This document shows, piece after piece, positions 22,969-31,548 of a stretch of 64,000 nucleotides of DNA. The notes under the pieces are model-generated. The model saw only the letters and a program-made list of their open reading frames with translations, did not search any database and had not been told where the DNA came from. Within the stretch, counting starts at the first letter, position 1; every line of letters begins with the position of its first letter. This stretch comes from Candidatus Limnocylindrales bacterium (GTDB taxonomy: Bacteria > Chloroflexota > Limnocylindria > Limnocylindrales > CSP1-4), in NCBI GenBank assembly GCA_035688805.1, contig DASSMQ010000006.1:15012-79011 (forward strand), written 5' to 3'. The position numbers and the translations under genes are program-made.

Positions 22969-25900
22969 CTAGCCGAGCCGACGCATGCCGGCATGCCCGA
23001 GCTGTCGGACCCCACCAGGTTGCTCCGGCCCGCCGACCGTGGCGACCACCTCGGGGAGTGGCTTGATGTCGCGAGCGACGAGGTTGACGACCTTGCCTTC
23101 GCGCTGGAGCTCACCATCGACCAGCAGCAGGGCGTGCCGGCGGACCACGCCGCGTAACCGTTCCCAGACGTTCGGCCAGAGGGTCACATTCACCATCCCG
23201 GTCTCGTCCTCGAGCGCCAGGAAGACCGTGCCCTTGGCGGTCATCGGATGCTGCCGGGTGACGACTAGTCCTCCCACCCGGACCCGGCCCGGCCGCCGAT
23301 CGGCCAGTGACGCATTCGGCACCGCCCCGAGTCGATCGAGCGCGGTCCGGAAGAGCCCGACCACCTGCCGGCGGGCATCGACCCCCAGTACCGCATAGGC
23401 GTCACCGACCCGCTCGGACTCGGTGATCGCCGGCAGGTCGGGCGCATCGGTCGCCGGGAGTCGGAGATCCAGCGGCCGGCCCGCTGCCGCGTGCCGCTTG
23501 CCGGCGGCCCGCCCGAGGGCACGGACCGTCCGGCCATCCATCCGACCGCGTGACGCCCCGGCCACCTCGCGCAACTGCCAGAGCAGCTCCCGCCGTGGCC
23601 GGTCCAACGAGTCCATCGCGCCGCTGCGGATGAGTCGCTCGAGCACCTCCTCGGGCAGGCCCGTCCGTTCGACCACGTCGACCAGGTTCCGATACGGGCC
23701 GCGGGCCCGCTCGGCATCGAGCGCTGCCTGGTGCTGCTCCCCGATGCCCTTCACCAGGCCGAGCCCGAGCCGGACCGCCCAGCCGGCGGTCACCGCCGGC
23801 GTCCAGCGCTCCCGCGACGACGCGGAGGGAACGATGCACGCGGAGGAGACGACCGGGTCGGGCTGTGCGTCTGGGCCGATCCACTCGGTCGTCGTCGCGT
23901 AGCACGACGCGTTGACGTCCACGGGCAGCACCGCTACCCCGTGGCGCTTCGTGTCGTTGACCAGGACCTCGACCGGATAGAAGCCCATCGGCTGGGCATT
24001 GATCAGCCCGACCAGGAACTGGGCGGGGTAGAACAGCTTGAGGAAGGCCGACTCGTAGGCGGTCCGGGCGAAGGCCGCCGCGTGCGACTTGGCGAACCCG
24101 AAACTGGCGAACGCGGCGACCTGGCGAAACAGCTCCTCGGCGGTCTCGAGCTCGAGCCCGGGCTGGCGCAGCGCCCCGTCGACGAACCGGTGATGGAGCT
24201 TCTCCATCTCGCGCGATGAACGCCAGGTCCCCATCGCTCGCCGGAAGCCATCCGATTCGGCCGGGCTGAACCCGGCCACCTCGATGGCGATGCGCATGAC
24301 CTGCTCCTGGTAGAGGATCACTCCGAGCGTGTCCTTCAGCACGGGCTCCAGGCTGGGGTGCAGGTAGACGACCGGCTCGAGGCCCTGCTTGCGGCGCAGG
24401 TACGGGTGGACGGCGTTGCCCTGGATCGGCCCGGGTCGGATGATCGCCACCTCGACCACCAGGTCATCGAGCCTGCCCGGCCGCGACTTGGGGAGCGTCT
24501 GCATCTGTGCCCGGCTCTCGACCTGGAAGACGCCCACCGTGTCGGCCGCCTGGAGCATCGCGAAGACCTCGGGCACGTCCTCGGGCAGGCGGTCGAGATC
24601 GAGGCAGACCGCACAGTCATGCTCGATGAGCTGCAGGGTCTCGTCCATCGCGGCGAGCATCCCGAGACCGAGCAGGTCGAGCTTGATGAGCTTGAGCGTC
24701 TCGACGTCGCGCTTGTCGAACTGGACGACCACCCGGTCGGGCATCGTGGCCCGCTCGAGCGGGGCGAGGTCGATGAGGGGGGCGGCCGTGACGAGCATGC
24801 CGCCGCTATGGATGCTGAGGTGACGCGGGAACCCGTCGATCCGGGCGCAGAACTCGAGCCAGCGCTCCCAGTGGGAGAGGCCGACCGTCGAGCCGCCACG
24901 GGCCTGCGGCGGTGGCTCGGGCACGATGCGGGCGACCGAGCTCGCATTCGCTGGGGTCGGCGGGGGATCCCACATGATCGGCCTGCCGAGACGATCGGTC
25001 TTCCGTGGTGGCGGCAGGGTCATGCCGCTCTCCGGATCGACCGGGACGGGTCCCTGGCCCAGCGGGGGTGTGCCATAGCCCGTCCCCCGCCCGGCTCGCA
25101 GCCAGGCCACGCTCGCCGGCGTGTCGCCCGGTCCGCCCTCGTCGTCGGACGGCCCGCGGCGGATCGTCGTGACCGGTGCGAGCGGGTCCTCGCGGAACGC
25201 GGCATCACCACGCTCCGTGGCATTGCCCTCCTCGGTGGTCGATTCCCGGAGCCAGGCGAACGGACGCGGCGCGTCCGGGTCCACCGGGGTCCGCGGCTGC
25301 TTCCACGGTGGCACCTTCCCGATCAGGGGCAGCCGCTTGTTCAACTGGCCCATGCCATCGACCAGCCCGTGCGCCTCCGCCTGTTCGGCCGCGCCGGCCT
25401 CCGGTGGCAGGCCCTCCCCGGATCGTCGGAAGAACTCGGCGAACCCGCCGTCGGCCTCGAGGTCGCGCCGGACCATGACCGAGTCGTACGTCTCGAGCGC
25501 CTTCGCGACCCGATCTACCAGGGGCCGCGGGAAGCCGAGCGCATAGCCCACCTCGCGCACCGCCGAACGCGCCCGGTAGGTGACAAGGTTGCAGACCATC
25601 CCCGTGTGCTCCGGCCCGTAGCGTCGGTAGATGTACTGGATGACCTCCTCGCGCCGAGCCGAGCTGAAGTCGATGTCGACGTCCGGGTACGTCGTCCGAC
25701 CCGGATTGATGAACCGCTCGAACAGGAGGTCGTGGGCGATCGGCTCGACGCGGCTGATCCCGAGGGTGTACGACACGATCGAACTGGTCGCGCTCCCCCG
25801 ACCCTGGGCCGGGATGCCCTGCTCCCTCGCGAAGCGCATCAGGTCCCAGCAGATGAGGAAGAACTCGGCAAGGCCGGCTCGCTCGATGACGTCGAGTTCA

Positions 25901-27072
25901 TGGGCGAGCCGCTTGACCACCGCCGAGGTCAACGGGTGATAGCGCCGCCGTGCGCCGGTCCAGCACAGCTCGGAGAGATGAGAGAACGGTGTCTCACCCT
26001 CAGGGACCGGGAAGCCCGGGAACCGGTACTGCTCGAACCCGAGATCGACCGAGCACGATGCCGCGATCTCGACCGAGTTGGCGATCCCCTCGCGCCAGGC
26101 ACGGGCAGCACTCGACTCGAGCGAGTCGCCGAGCGTTGCCAGCGCCTCGCCCGATTTCAGGAAGGACTCGCCGTCCGGCCGACGCAGATCGGCCAGCGTG
26201 TCGAGCGTCCGGCCGTGTCGGATGGCGGTCAGCACGTCGTGGAACTCGCGGTCGTCGGCCGTCGCGTAATGGACGTCGTTGGTGACCACGACGGGCAGGC
26301 CGAGCTCGATCGCCAGCGCGGCCGATTCGGCGACCAGCCAGTCGTCGTCGGGCAGGAGATGGTGCGACAGCTCGATGAAGAACCCGCTCGTCGACGGGCC
26401 ATCGCCGCGGCCGAAGAGCGTCGCATAGCGCTCGGCGACAGCGCGCGCGCCGGCCCGATCGCCGACCCGCAGGCGTCGCGCGATCTCCCCCTCGCGACAA
26501 GCCGACAGCGCGACCAGGCCATCGTGATCAGCCTCGAGCAGGTCGTGCGTGATGCGCGGCATCGCCTTGGTCCCGGCCAGGTTGGCGTGCGACACCAGGC
26601 GACTCAGGCTGCGCCAGCCGGCAGGGGTCCGGGCGAGGAGCACGAGGTGTGGGCCGCGGGCCCGGTCCCCGACCCCGCGCACATCTTCCTTGACCAGGTC
26701 GCGGTGACCGGGCAGACGGGCGCGATCGGGTCGCGGCCGCACGGGCCGGCCGTCGGTGATCGTCGGCTCGACGGCCGGAGACTCGCCCTGCCGGCGGCGT
26801 GGCCGGCGGCGAGACGGGACCACCACCCGGCCGGGATCGGGCACGGCCGTATCGATCAGGTCGATCTCGGTCCCGACGACGCCAGGGAGGCCAGCCTCCT
26901 CGGCGGCACTCATGAACCGGACGGCGCCGTACAGCCCGTTCCGATCCGTCGCAGCGAGGGCGGTCAGCCCCAGGGCGACGGCCCGCTCGACCAGGTCGTC
27001 CGGCGGCGAGGCGCCATCGAGGAACGAGAAGTTGGTGTGGGCGTGGAGTTCGGCGTATGGGATGGTCGCCAC
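22969..27072 (-). CDS. dnaE2: error-prone DNA polymerase III alpha-subunit paralog (DnaE2/ImuC type), unusually long at 1367 aa
   Basis: N-terminal PHP domain (YAELHAHTNFSFLDGASPPDDLV), a Pol III alpha core (PDVDIDF, GFPRHLSIHSGGMLV) and an OB fold at the C-terminus. LexA-type box and SD upstream. GTG start. Confidence 0.9.
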   Translation of the reverse strand: MATIPYAELHAHTNFSFLDGASPPDDLVERAVALGLTALAATDRNGLYGAVRFMSAAEEAGLPGVVGTEIDLIDTAVPDPGRVVVPSRRRPRRRQGESPAVEPTITDGRPVRPRPDRARLPGHRDLVKEDVRGVGDRARGPHLVLLARTPAGWRSLSRLVSHANLAGTKAMPRITHDLLEADHDGLVALSACREGEIARRLRVGDRAGARAVAERYATLFGRGDGPSTSGFFIELSHHLLPDDDWLVAESAALAIELGLPVVVTNDVHYATADDREFHDVLTAIRHGRTLDTLADLRRPDGESFLKSGEALATLGDSLESSAARAWREGIANSVEIAASCSVDLGFEQYRFPGFPVPEGETPFSHLSELCWTGARRRYHPLTSAVVKRLAHELDVIERAGLAEFFLICWDLMRFAREQGIPAQGRGSATSSIVSYTLGISRVEPIAHDLLFERFINPGRTTYPDVDIDFSSARREEVIQYIYRRYGPEHTGMVCNLVTYRARSAVREVGYALGFPRPLVDRVAKALETYDSVMVRRDLEADGGFAEFFRRSGEGLPPEAGAAEQAEAHGLVDGMGQLNKRLPLIGKVPPWKQPRTPVDPDAPRPFAWLRESTTEEGNATERGDAAFREDPLAPVTTIRRGPSDDEGGPGDTPASVAWLRAGRGTGYGTPPLGQGPVPVDPESGMTLPPPRKTDRLGRPIMWDPPPTPANASSVARIVPEPPPQARGGSTVGLSHWERWLEFCARIDGFPRHLSIHSGGMLVTAAPLIDLAPLERATMPDRVVVQFDKRDVETLKLIKLDLLGLGMLAAMDETLQLIEHDCAVCLDLDRLPEDVPEVFAMLQAADTVGVFQVESRAQMQTLPKSRPGRLDDLVVEVAIIRPGPIQGNAVHPYLRRKQGLEPVVYLHPSLEPVLKDTLGVILYQEQVMRIAIEVAGFSPAESDGFRRAMGTWRSSREMEKLHHRFVDGALRQPGLELETAEELFRQVAAFASFGFAKSHAAAFARTAYESAFLKLFYPAQFLVGLINAQPMGFYPVEVLVNDTKRHGVAVLPVDVNASCYATTTEWIGPDAQPDPVVSSACIVPSASSRERWTPAVTAGWAVRLGLGLVKGIGEQHQAALDAERARGPYRNLVDVVERTGLPEEVLERLIRSGAMDSLDRPRRELLWQLREVAGASRGRMDGRTVRALGRAAGKRHAAAGRPLDLRLPATDAPDLPAITESERVGDAYAVLGVDARRQVVGLFRTALDRLGAVPNASLADRRPGRVRVGGLVVTRQHPMTAKGTVFLALEDETGMVNVTLWPNVWERLRGVVRRHALLLVDGELQREGKVVNLVARDIKPLPEVVATVGGPEQPGGVRQLGHAGMRRLG

Positions 27073-27113
27073 GGCTGCTCCGGTCGGTGGCCGGTCGGAT
27101 CGGGGCGGACAGT

Positions 27114-27131
27114 ATAGAACGCATGTTCTAT
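27114..27131 (-). promoter_or_regulatory. LexA-type SOS box (ATAGAAC-N4-GTTCTAT) overlapping a -10 TATACT upstream of dnaE2
   Basis: Perfect 7-bp arms of the GAAC-N4-GTTC (Cheo-box) class. The minus strand reads GGCTTCCCCTGATAGAACATGCGTTCTATACT, then a 38-nt leader with GGAG. Confidence 0.8.
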
Positions 27132-27186
27132 CAGGGGAAGCCCACCCATCCGCAGGACCAATGAGGGGCTGGACGACCGCAACTCG

Positions 27187-28725
27187 ATGGGCTTACCTGA
27201 CCGGGTGCGATCGACCCGTCACCGTCGCCATGCCGCCTGGTCTCGCCTCGTCCTCACCCTGACCGCCGCGGTCACGCTCTTGGCCGGGATCGCGGGCCCG
27301 ATCCCCGCTGTCCGGGCCGCGGACATCCGACCGCGGATCACCGGGATCGCGCCCCTGACCCACGAGGTCTACGGGTATCTCCCCTACTGGCGCCTGGATG
27401 CCGGCACGGTCGACCGGCTGCACTACGACCTCGTGTCGACCATCGCGTTCTTCGGCCTCGGGATCCTCGGGACGGGGGCGATCGACACGTCCTGGATCGG
27501 CTATCGGGCGTACATCGGCGACGACGCGGCGGCGGTCACCAATGCCGCCCACGACCACGGGGTTCGGGTCGTTCCCACGTTCCAGCTGTTCGATTCGGCG
27601 ACCGGCGCGCCCAAGATGACGGCGTTCCTCGGCAGTCGGTCGGCGCAGGACCGGTTCATCGGCGAGGCGCTCGACCTCATGGCCGCACGGAGCGCCGACG
27701 GTGCCGGGCTCGACTTCGAACCGGTCGGCGCCCTGGCCGCGCGCGCCTCGGAGTACGTCGCCTTCGTGGCCCGGTTCCGGGGCGCGATGAAGGCCCGCTT
27801 CCCGGGAGCCACGCTGGTGACCGCGACCTCGGCTGGGGCGACCCAGGAGCTCGTCCAGGGTGTCGCCCCATACGTCGATCATCAGATGGTGATGACCTAC
27901 AACTACCGCTCCTCCGGCTCGACGATCGCCGGCGCGGTTGCCCCGCTCGATCACGCGACGAGGAACGTCAAGAAGCACATCACCCGGATGCTGGGCTGGG
28001 TGCCGGCACGCTCCTTGCTGCTCGGCGAGCCCTATTACGGATACGACTGGCCGGTCACCAGCGCCATCCCGAACGCGACGGTCCAGTCGGACAAGTCGAC
28101 CTATGGCCCCGTCCGGAGCGTCACCTACGCCAGTGCCCGCGATTTCCTGGCCGCGCACCCGAGTGTCGTCCGGCGCTACGACTCTCTCGAGGGGAGCGCC
28201 TTCTACTGGTACTACGACAGCACGAAGCGGACCTACCGCGAAGCCTATTTCGACGATGAGCGGAGCCTCGCCGCGAAGGACGACTACGCGATCGCCACCG
28301 GCCTTGGCGGGATCGGCATCTGGACGCTCGACAACGACCGCGGCTACCGGCAGCTGTGGGACGTCCTCCGTTCGAAGTTCTACGCCCCGGTCCTGAGCAT
28401 GTCGGTCCGGGCGTCGGTCAGCGACCTGACCCGGGTATCCGGGGTCGTGTCCGTGGTCGTCCATGCCGGAGCCACGAATACGGGGACCGTGCCGCTGACC
28501 GGATCGCTGCGCTGGGCGATCCGCGACCCAGGTGGCCGAGTCGTGGCCAGCGGTCATTGGCCGACCACCGTCGTCTACCCTGGCCGGAGCACGAGTCACG
28601 CCGTCCGTGCCGCCCTCGGGCTGGCCACCTCCCTGCCAGCCGGCACCTACCACCTTCGGGTGCGGTTCGTGACGTCGACGAAGGCCTACGGGCCGCCGGA
28701 CGTGGCCTTCCGCCAGCCGTACTGA
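27187..28725 (+). CDS. secreted glycoside hydrolase family 18 protein (chitinase / peptidoglycan-hydrolase-like)
   Basis: Signal peptide, catalytic motif DGAGLDFEP (DGxxxDxE), then MTYNY and GIGIWTLDND. Has a ~110-aa C-terminal beta-rich domain. Confidence 0.85.
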   Translation: MGLPDRVRSTRHRRHAAWSRLVLTLTAAVTLLAGIAGPIPAVRAADIRPRITGIAPLTHEVYGYLPYWRLDAGTVDRLHYDLVSTIAFFGLGILGTGAIDTSWIGYRAYIGDDAAAVTNAAHDHGVRVVPTFQLFDSATGAPKMTAFLGSRSAQDRFIGEALDLMAARSADGAGLDFEPVGALAARASEYVAFVARFRGAMKARFPGATLVTATSAGATQELVQGVAPYVDHQMVMTYNYRSSGSTIAGAVAPLDHATRNVKKHITRMLGWVPARSLLLGEPYYGYDWPVTSAIPNATVQSDKSTYGPVRSVTYASARDFLAAHPSVVRRYDSLEGSAFYWYYDSTKRTYREAYFDDERSLAAKDDYAIATGLGGIGIWTLDNDRGYRQLWDVLRSKFYAPVLSMSVRASVSDLTRVSGVVSVVVHAGATNTGTVPLTGSLRWAIRDPGGRVVASGHWPTTVVYPGRSTSHAVRAALGLATSLPAGTYHLRVRFVTSTKAYGPPDVAFRQPY

Positions 28726-28800
28726 CGGGCCCTCCCACGACGGGACCATCGATCCCGCCCACCCGTGCAACAACTCGCCGCGCTCCGGCGTCTCTTGGCC

Positions 28801-28944
28801 ATGCACGCTCCCAGCCACCTCGATCGCCCGCTTCGACCGGCCGCTGCGGCCGCGTTCCGGACGGCCCTCGCGGTGGTGGTGGCGTCGCTGCTGATCCTCG
28901 TCGTCCTCCCCGCGATGCTCGCGGTCCAGGCGACGACGATCTAG
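28801..28944 (+). CDS. candidate 47-aa single-TM micro-protein
   Basis: MHAPSHLDRPLRPAAAAAFRTALAVVVASLLILVVLPAMLAVQATTI. Third-position GC is about 89% in this frame. No clear SD. Confidence 0.3.
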   Translation: MHAPSHLDRPLRPAAAAAFRTALAVVVASLLILVVLPAMLAVQATTI

Positions 28945-29130
28945 CACCAACCGACGTCTCGGCGCCTGGGGGCTCGGGACGATCGTCGGCGATCGACTGC
29001 GATAGCCGATCCGCCGACCTGCCGGATCGCTGGTGAGCGAGGATCCGGCCACAGGACCCCGTCGCTGGGGGCGACGGGGTCCTGTCACGTCCGGGGGCCG
29101 ATCGGCCCGCAGCCCGTAGACTCATCCGAC

Positions 29131-29670
29131 ATGACATCGCGAACCCGCCGCCTCCTGATGACGATCGTGACGATGGCACTTCTGGGCGGGTGTGGCGGCA
29201 CGTCGCCCGGCAGCCCCGGACCGTCGACTGCCGCGACGGCGACCGCGGCCGCTTCGACGCCGGCCGGGGGACCGAGCACCAGCGCATCGGCCGAACCGAC
29301 CGCCACGACCCCGCGTGCCGGTCCCGCGGTGGGTCAGACCGACACCGACTGGGGCCGGATCTGGGACGCCGTCCCGACCGATTTCCCGCGGTTCCCAGGA
29401 TCGAAGGTCGCCGATGACACGGGCGAGGCGCCGGTCAGCGCCCGGTTCGCGGTCGACGGCGGCGATCCCAAGGCGATGGCCGCCTGGATGCAGTCGGCGA
29501 TGGAGACGGCCGCGTACAGTACGGAGGGCCTCAACGGGCCCCTCGAGGATGGCAGCATGGTCCTCGAATCGGTCGGGGATGGCGGCTGTCGCATCCAGAC
29601 GACGATCGCCCCGCTCGGCGGGACGGTCTTCGTGACGATCCGGTACGGCGCCGCCTGCCCGCTGCACTGA
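29131..29670 (+). CDS. hypothetical lipoprotein
   Basis: Lipobox in MTIVTMALLGGC, an Ala/Thr/Pro-rich linker and a ~110-aa globular C-terminus. Confidence 0.65.
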   Translation: MTSRTRRLLMTIVTMALLGGCGGTSPGSPGPSTAATATAAASTPAGGPSTSASAEPTATTPRAGPAVGQTDTDWGRIWDAVPTDFPRFPGSKVADDTGEAPVSARFAVDGGDPKAMAAWMQSAMETAAYSTEGLNGPLEDGSMVLESVGDGGCRIQTTIAPLGGTVFVTIRYGAACPLH

Positions 29671-29691
29671 CCACAGGAGCATCGATCGCGC

Positions 29692-29799
29692 ATGCAGCCC
29701 CGCTCCACCGACTTCCTTGGTGCCGCGCTCCTGGCCATCGTCCTGATCGGGCTGGTGGTGATCCTGTTCGTCGGCAATATCCCGGCGGCCACCGCCTGA
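29692..29799 (+). CDS. candidate 35-aa single-TM micro-protein
   Basis: MQPRSTDFLGAALLAIVLIGLVVILFVGNIPAATA. Third-position GC is about 91%. AGGAG lies 12 nt upstream. Confidence 0.35.
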   Translation: MQPRSTDFLGAALLAIVLIGLVVILFVGNIPAATA

Positions 29800-29904
29800 A
29801 TCCGGTAGCTGCGCGCGGTTCTCGTCGCGCGTTGTGCTCGCCCCGCCGCTATGCTGTGGCTGGATCGACCGGGACTTCGGTCCGGACAGGGGGAACGCCG
29901 CTCC

Positions 29905-30009
29905 ATGCAATCGGCACGACCGCGTGATCTGGGTGTCCTCGTCCTCGCGATGGGGGTCCTGCTCGTTCTGTTCGTGGTGAGCCTGACGCTCGGGTCGCCG
30001 TTGCGCTGA
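29905..30009 (+). CDS. candidate 34-aa single-TM micro-protein (similar layout to 29692-29799)
   Basis: MQSARPRDLGVLVLAMGVLLVLFVVSLTLGSPLR. Third-position GC is about 79%. Confidence 0.3.
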   Translation: MQSARPRDLGVLVLAMGVLLVLFVVSLTLGSPLR

Positions 30010-30028
30010 GTCCGGTCCGGCACGGACG

Positions 30029-30277
30029 TCAGTCGTACAGACGTTCGATATGCCAGGTGCCGGCGATCCGGTCGAGATAGACGAGCGCGAGCCAGCGTTC
30101 GCCCACGACCTTCGCGTACTCGCGGGCGATCGGATCGCGCCACCACGACTCATCGACCCGCCAGCGGTTGCACACCTCGACCGCCTCGCGACGCCCGTTC
30201 CAGCGGATGGCGATGAGCCGTCCATCGCCATCGAGCTCGACGTCGATGCGCGGATGCTCGCGCAGGAGGCGGGTCAT
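30029..30277 (-). CDS. 82-aa conserved-looking hypothetical protein, translationally coupled to imuB
   Basis: ATG at 30277 overlaps the imuB TGA (ATGA). Sequence MTRLLREHPRIDVELDGDGRLIAIRWNGRREAVEVCNRWRVDESWWRDPIAREYAKVVGERWLALVYLDRIAGTWHIERLYD, Trp/Arg-rich and beta-strand-like. Confidence 0.65.
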   Translation of the reverse strand: MTRLLREHPRIDVELDGDGRLIAIRWNGRREAVEVCNRWRVDESWWRDPIAREYAKVVGERWLALVYLDRIAGTWHIERLYD

Positions 30278-31548
30278 GCCGGCCATCCGTCGCGCCCGTC
30301 GTCGGCGAGCCCGACTGAGCGCCACGCCCAGCGTGCTTCCGCCAGCGGCGCCTCCGGGTCGGTGATGGCGACCCGGCGGATGCGATCCTCCCCGTAGGTC
30401 AGCGCCAGCCTCGCCAGCTGCCACCCGAGTCGGGCCGTCCGGGCGGCCTGGGGCACGAACAACGGCAGTTGTTGGCCCGCCGCCGGGGTCGTGCCGCGCA
30501 GTTCCAGGTCGATCCGCTGGACCGCTGCCGGCGGCGGCTGGCGCTCGAGGCGCGCGAACAGCAGACGCTCGACGGCTTCGGGGTCCGCGGTGGGTTCCGG
30601 GAAGCGCTGCTCGACCTCCATCCGCGGCGACGTACCGACCGGCGCGAACGCAAGGTCCAGTTCCAGCGTCAGCACTGCCCGATCCGCGGCGAGCCCTCGA
30701 CCGGTGAGCTGGGCGGCCAGCGCCGCCACTAGGCGATGGAGGACGAACCGGAGCGGCTCGAGCTCCTCGACCGGGGGTTCGATGGGCAGGGCGAGGGCCA
30801 GGCGCTCGGTCGCGTGGCGAGCCCCGAACGGCTCGGTCTCCTCGCCTCGAGCACGAGCATGGAGCCGCGCGCCCTCCTCGCCGAACCGGGCGATCAGCGC
30901 GGATCGCGGGAGGACCGCCACCGCGCCGATCCGACGCAGTCCGAAGCGGGTCAGGCGTGCCCGGACATCGGGGTCGGTGGTGAGCAGCCCGGACGGACGG
31001 TCGGCCAGGAACGCCGCCTCACCCCCGGGTGGGACGATGATCGGACCGTCCGGGGTGGCGGCCAGCGCCGCGACCGAGGCGGCGAACCGGGTGCCGGCGA
31101 TCCCGGCGCGCGGTGACGGCTCCCCGGGGAGGGCGCCTCGCAGCGCCGCACCGGCCCGCTCGATCAGTCGGGGCTCGGCCCCCCACAGCGGCTCGAGCCC
31201 ATCGATCCCGACCTCGAAGAACCCGAATGAGGCCGCCGATGGGTCGCTGGTCCCGGCCAGGCTCGGGCTGGATCGCCCGAGCGCCTCGAACACGGCCTCG
31301 GCAGCTCCCCGATCCGCATCGGGATCGGGGTCGATGAAGGTCGCCTCAGGGACGAGTCGGTGGGCGCTCCCGAGCGGCATCCCGCGTCGGACGCCGAGCG
31401 CCCGAGCTGTCGGATCGGCGTCGAGGACCGGACCCGGATCCCAGGGTCGCCCGCCCAGCACGAGCGGGCCGGTCGGGAAGGGCTCGGAGCGTCGAGCCCG
31501 GGCCAGGTGGAGCGGCAGGTGCGGCACGAACAGGTGCAGACGTCGCAT
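30274..31548 (-). CDS. imuB: ImuB, Y-family-polymerase-like mutasome subunit
   Basis: Start at the ATG at 31548 (MRRLHLFVPHLPLHLARARR..., a typical ImuB/DinB-like N-terminus). The catalytic acidic residues are not evident. Gene order is imuA'-imuB. Confidence 0.85.
   Translation of the reverse strand: MRRLHLFVPHLPLHLARARRSEPFPTGPLVLGGRPWDPGPVLDADPTARALGVRRGMPLGSAHRLVPEATFIDPDPDADRGAAEAVFEALGRSSPSLAGTSDPSAASFGFFEVGIDGLEPLWGAEPRLIERAGAALRGALPGEPSPRAGIAGTRFAASVAALAATPDGPIIVPPGGEAAFLADRPSGLLTTDPDVRARLTRFGLRRIGAVAVLPRSALIARFGEEGARLHARARGEETEPFGARHATERLALALPIEPPVEELEPLRFVLHRLVAALAAQLTGRGLAADRAVLTLELDLAFAPVGTSPRMEVEQRFPEPTADPEAVERLLFARLERQPPPAAVQRIDLELRGTTPAAGQQLPLFVPQAARTARLGWQLARLALTYGEDRIRRVAITDPEAPLAEARWAWRSVGLADDGRDGWPA

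Noticed and set aside
24868-25431. An intein as the explanation for the large DnaE2 insertion.
   Set aside because: The insert is Pro/Gly/Asp-rich low-complexity sequence. It lacks an N-terminal Cys/Ser splice junction, block B TxxH and a C-terminal HN-C/S/T motif.
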